From an uncultured Alphaproteobacteria bacterium (lineage in GTDB: Bacteria; Pseudomonadota; Alphaproteobacteria; Rs-D84): a DNA stretch of 51,373 bases. Below are positions 51,108 through 51,373 of this stretch, in pieces (within the stretch, counting starts at the first letter, position 1; each line of letters begins with the position of its first letter). The stretch lies in the NCBI GenBank assembly GCA_905236005.1, contig CAJONJ010000035.1, positions 1 to 51,373 on the forward strand, written 5' to 3'. The notes below the pieces were generated by a model. It did not search any database. It was not told where the DNA came from and worked only from the letters and a program-made list of their open reading frames with translations. The position numbers and the translations under genes were made by a program.

Positions 51108-51184
51108 ATCCCCAGAATCCTAGATTTTGGGGATTTTTTTATGATAAATCTTTCAGTCAGATTTTATGTCTGACTGAATTTTTT
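51108..51184 (+). terminator. two terminator-like hairpins between H1-like gene and capsid gene
   Basis: ATCCCCAGAATC/GATTTTGGGGAT + T-run; TTCAGTCAG/CTGACTGAA + T-run. Confidence 0.7.
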
Positions 51185-51308
51185 ATTTGGATAATCCGTT
51201 TGTGGACCCGGTTTGTTTTGTGTAATGGCGTAATTTATTTACATAACCATTTATCAAAATTGTGTCGCCCGTATGGGTAATATTAAATTTTTAACAAAAG
51301 GATTTTTT

Positions 51309-51373
51309 ATGTCTTTATCTGTAGATCAAGTGTTTATAAAACAATTTGAAGCAGATGTTCATTTGGCTTATCA
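51309..51373 (+). CDS. phage major capsid protein, 5' fragment (truncated by window end)
   Basis: MSLSVDQVFIKQFEADVHLAY(Q) resembles the N-terminus of alphaproteobacterial podophage-type capsid proteins; AAGGA RBS; follows scaffold gene. Confidence 0.75.
   Translation, partial: MSLSVDQVFIKQFEADVHLAY

Overview
AT-rich bacterial chromosomal window, most likely from a reduced-genome, host-associated alphaproteobacterium (inferred from class I LysRS, an alphaproteobacterial 'GLDPTTFNKSKR' HTH regulator and Rhodospirillales-like podophage head genes). It contains a surface polysaccharide cluster (1.3-9.2 kb) and housekeeping genes (aspS, lysS, ligA, PBP1A, rne, recG, ackA, folA, tRNA-Lys). An integrase precedes an AT-rich operon (11.5-19.2 kb), there is a tandem array of four divergent paralogs (22.8-25.4 kb), and isolated podophage-type virion genes sit at both ends. 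Three observations stand out. (1) A complete translational T-box riboswitch of the ultrashort-stem-I type, known from actinobacterial ileS, carries an Asn (AAC) specifier and a matching UGGC bulge upstream of an archaeal-type AspRS. (2) Two virion modules 49 kb apart share the same 12-bp element in the same register inside their promoter spacers, each followed by tandem terminators, suggesting a dispersed, antitermination-controlled gene-transfer-agent (GTA)-like regulon. (3) A beta-RFAP-synthase-like / double nucleotide kinase / GT2 / NUDIX / HAD / peptidase operon resembles a C-nucleoside or modified-nucleotide pathway. All calls come from manual motif reading; no searches were run.
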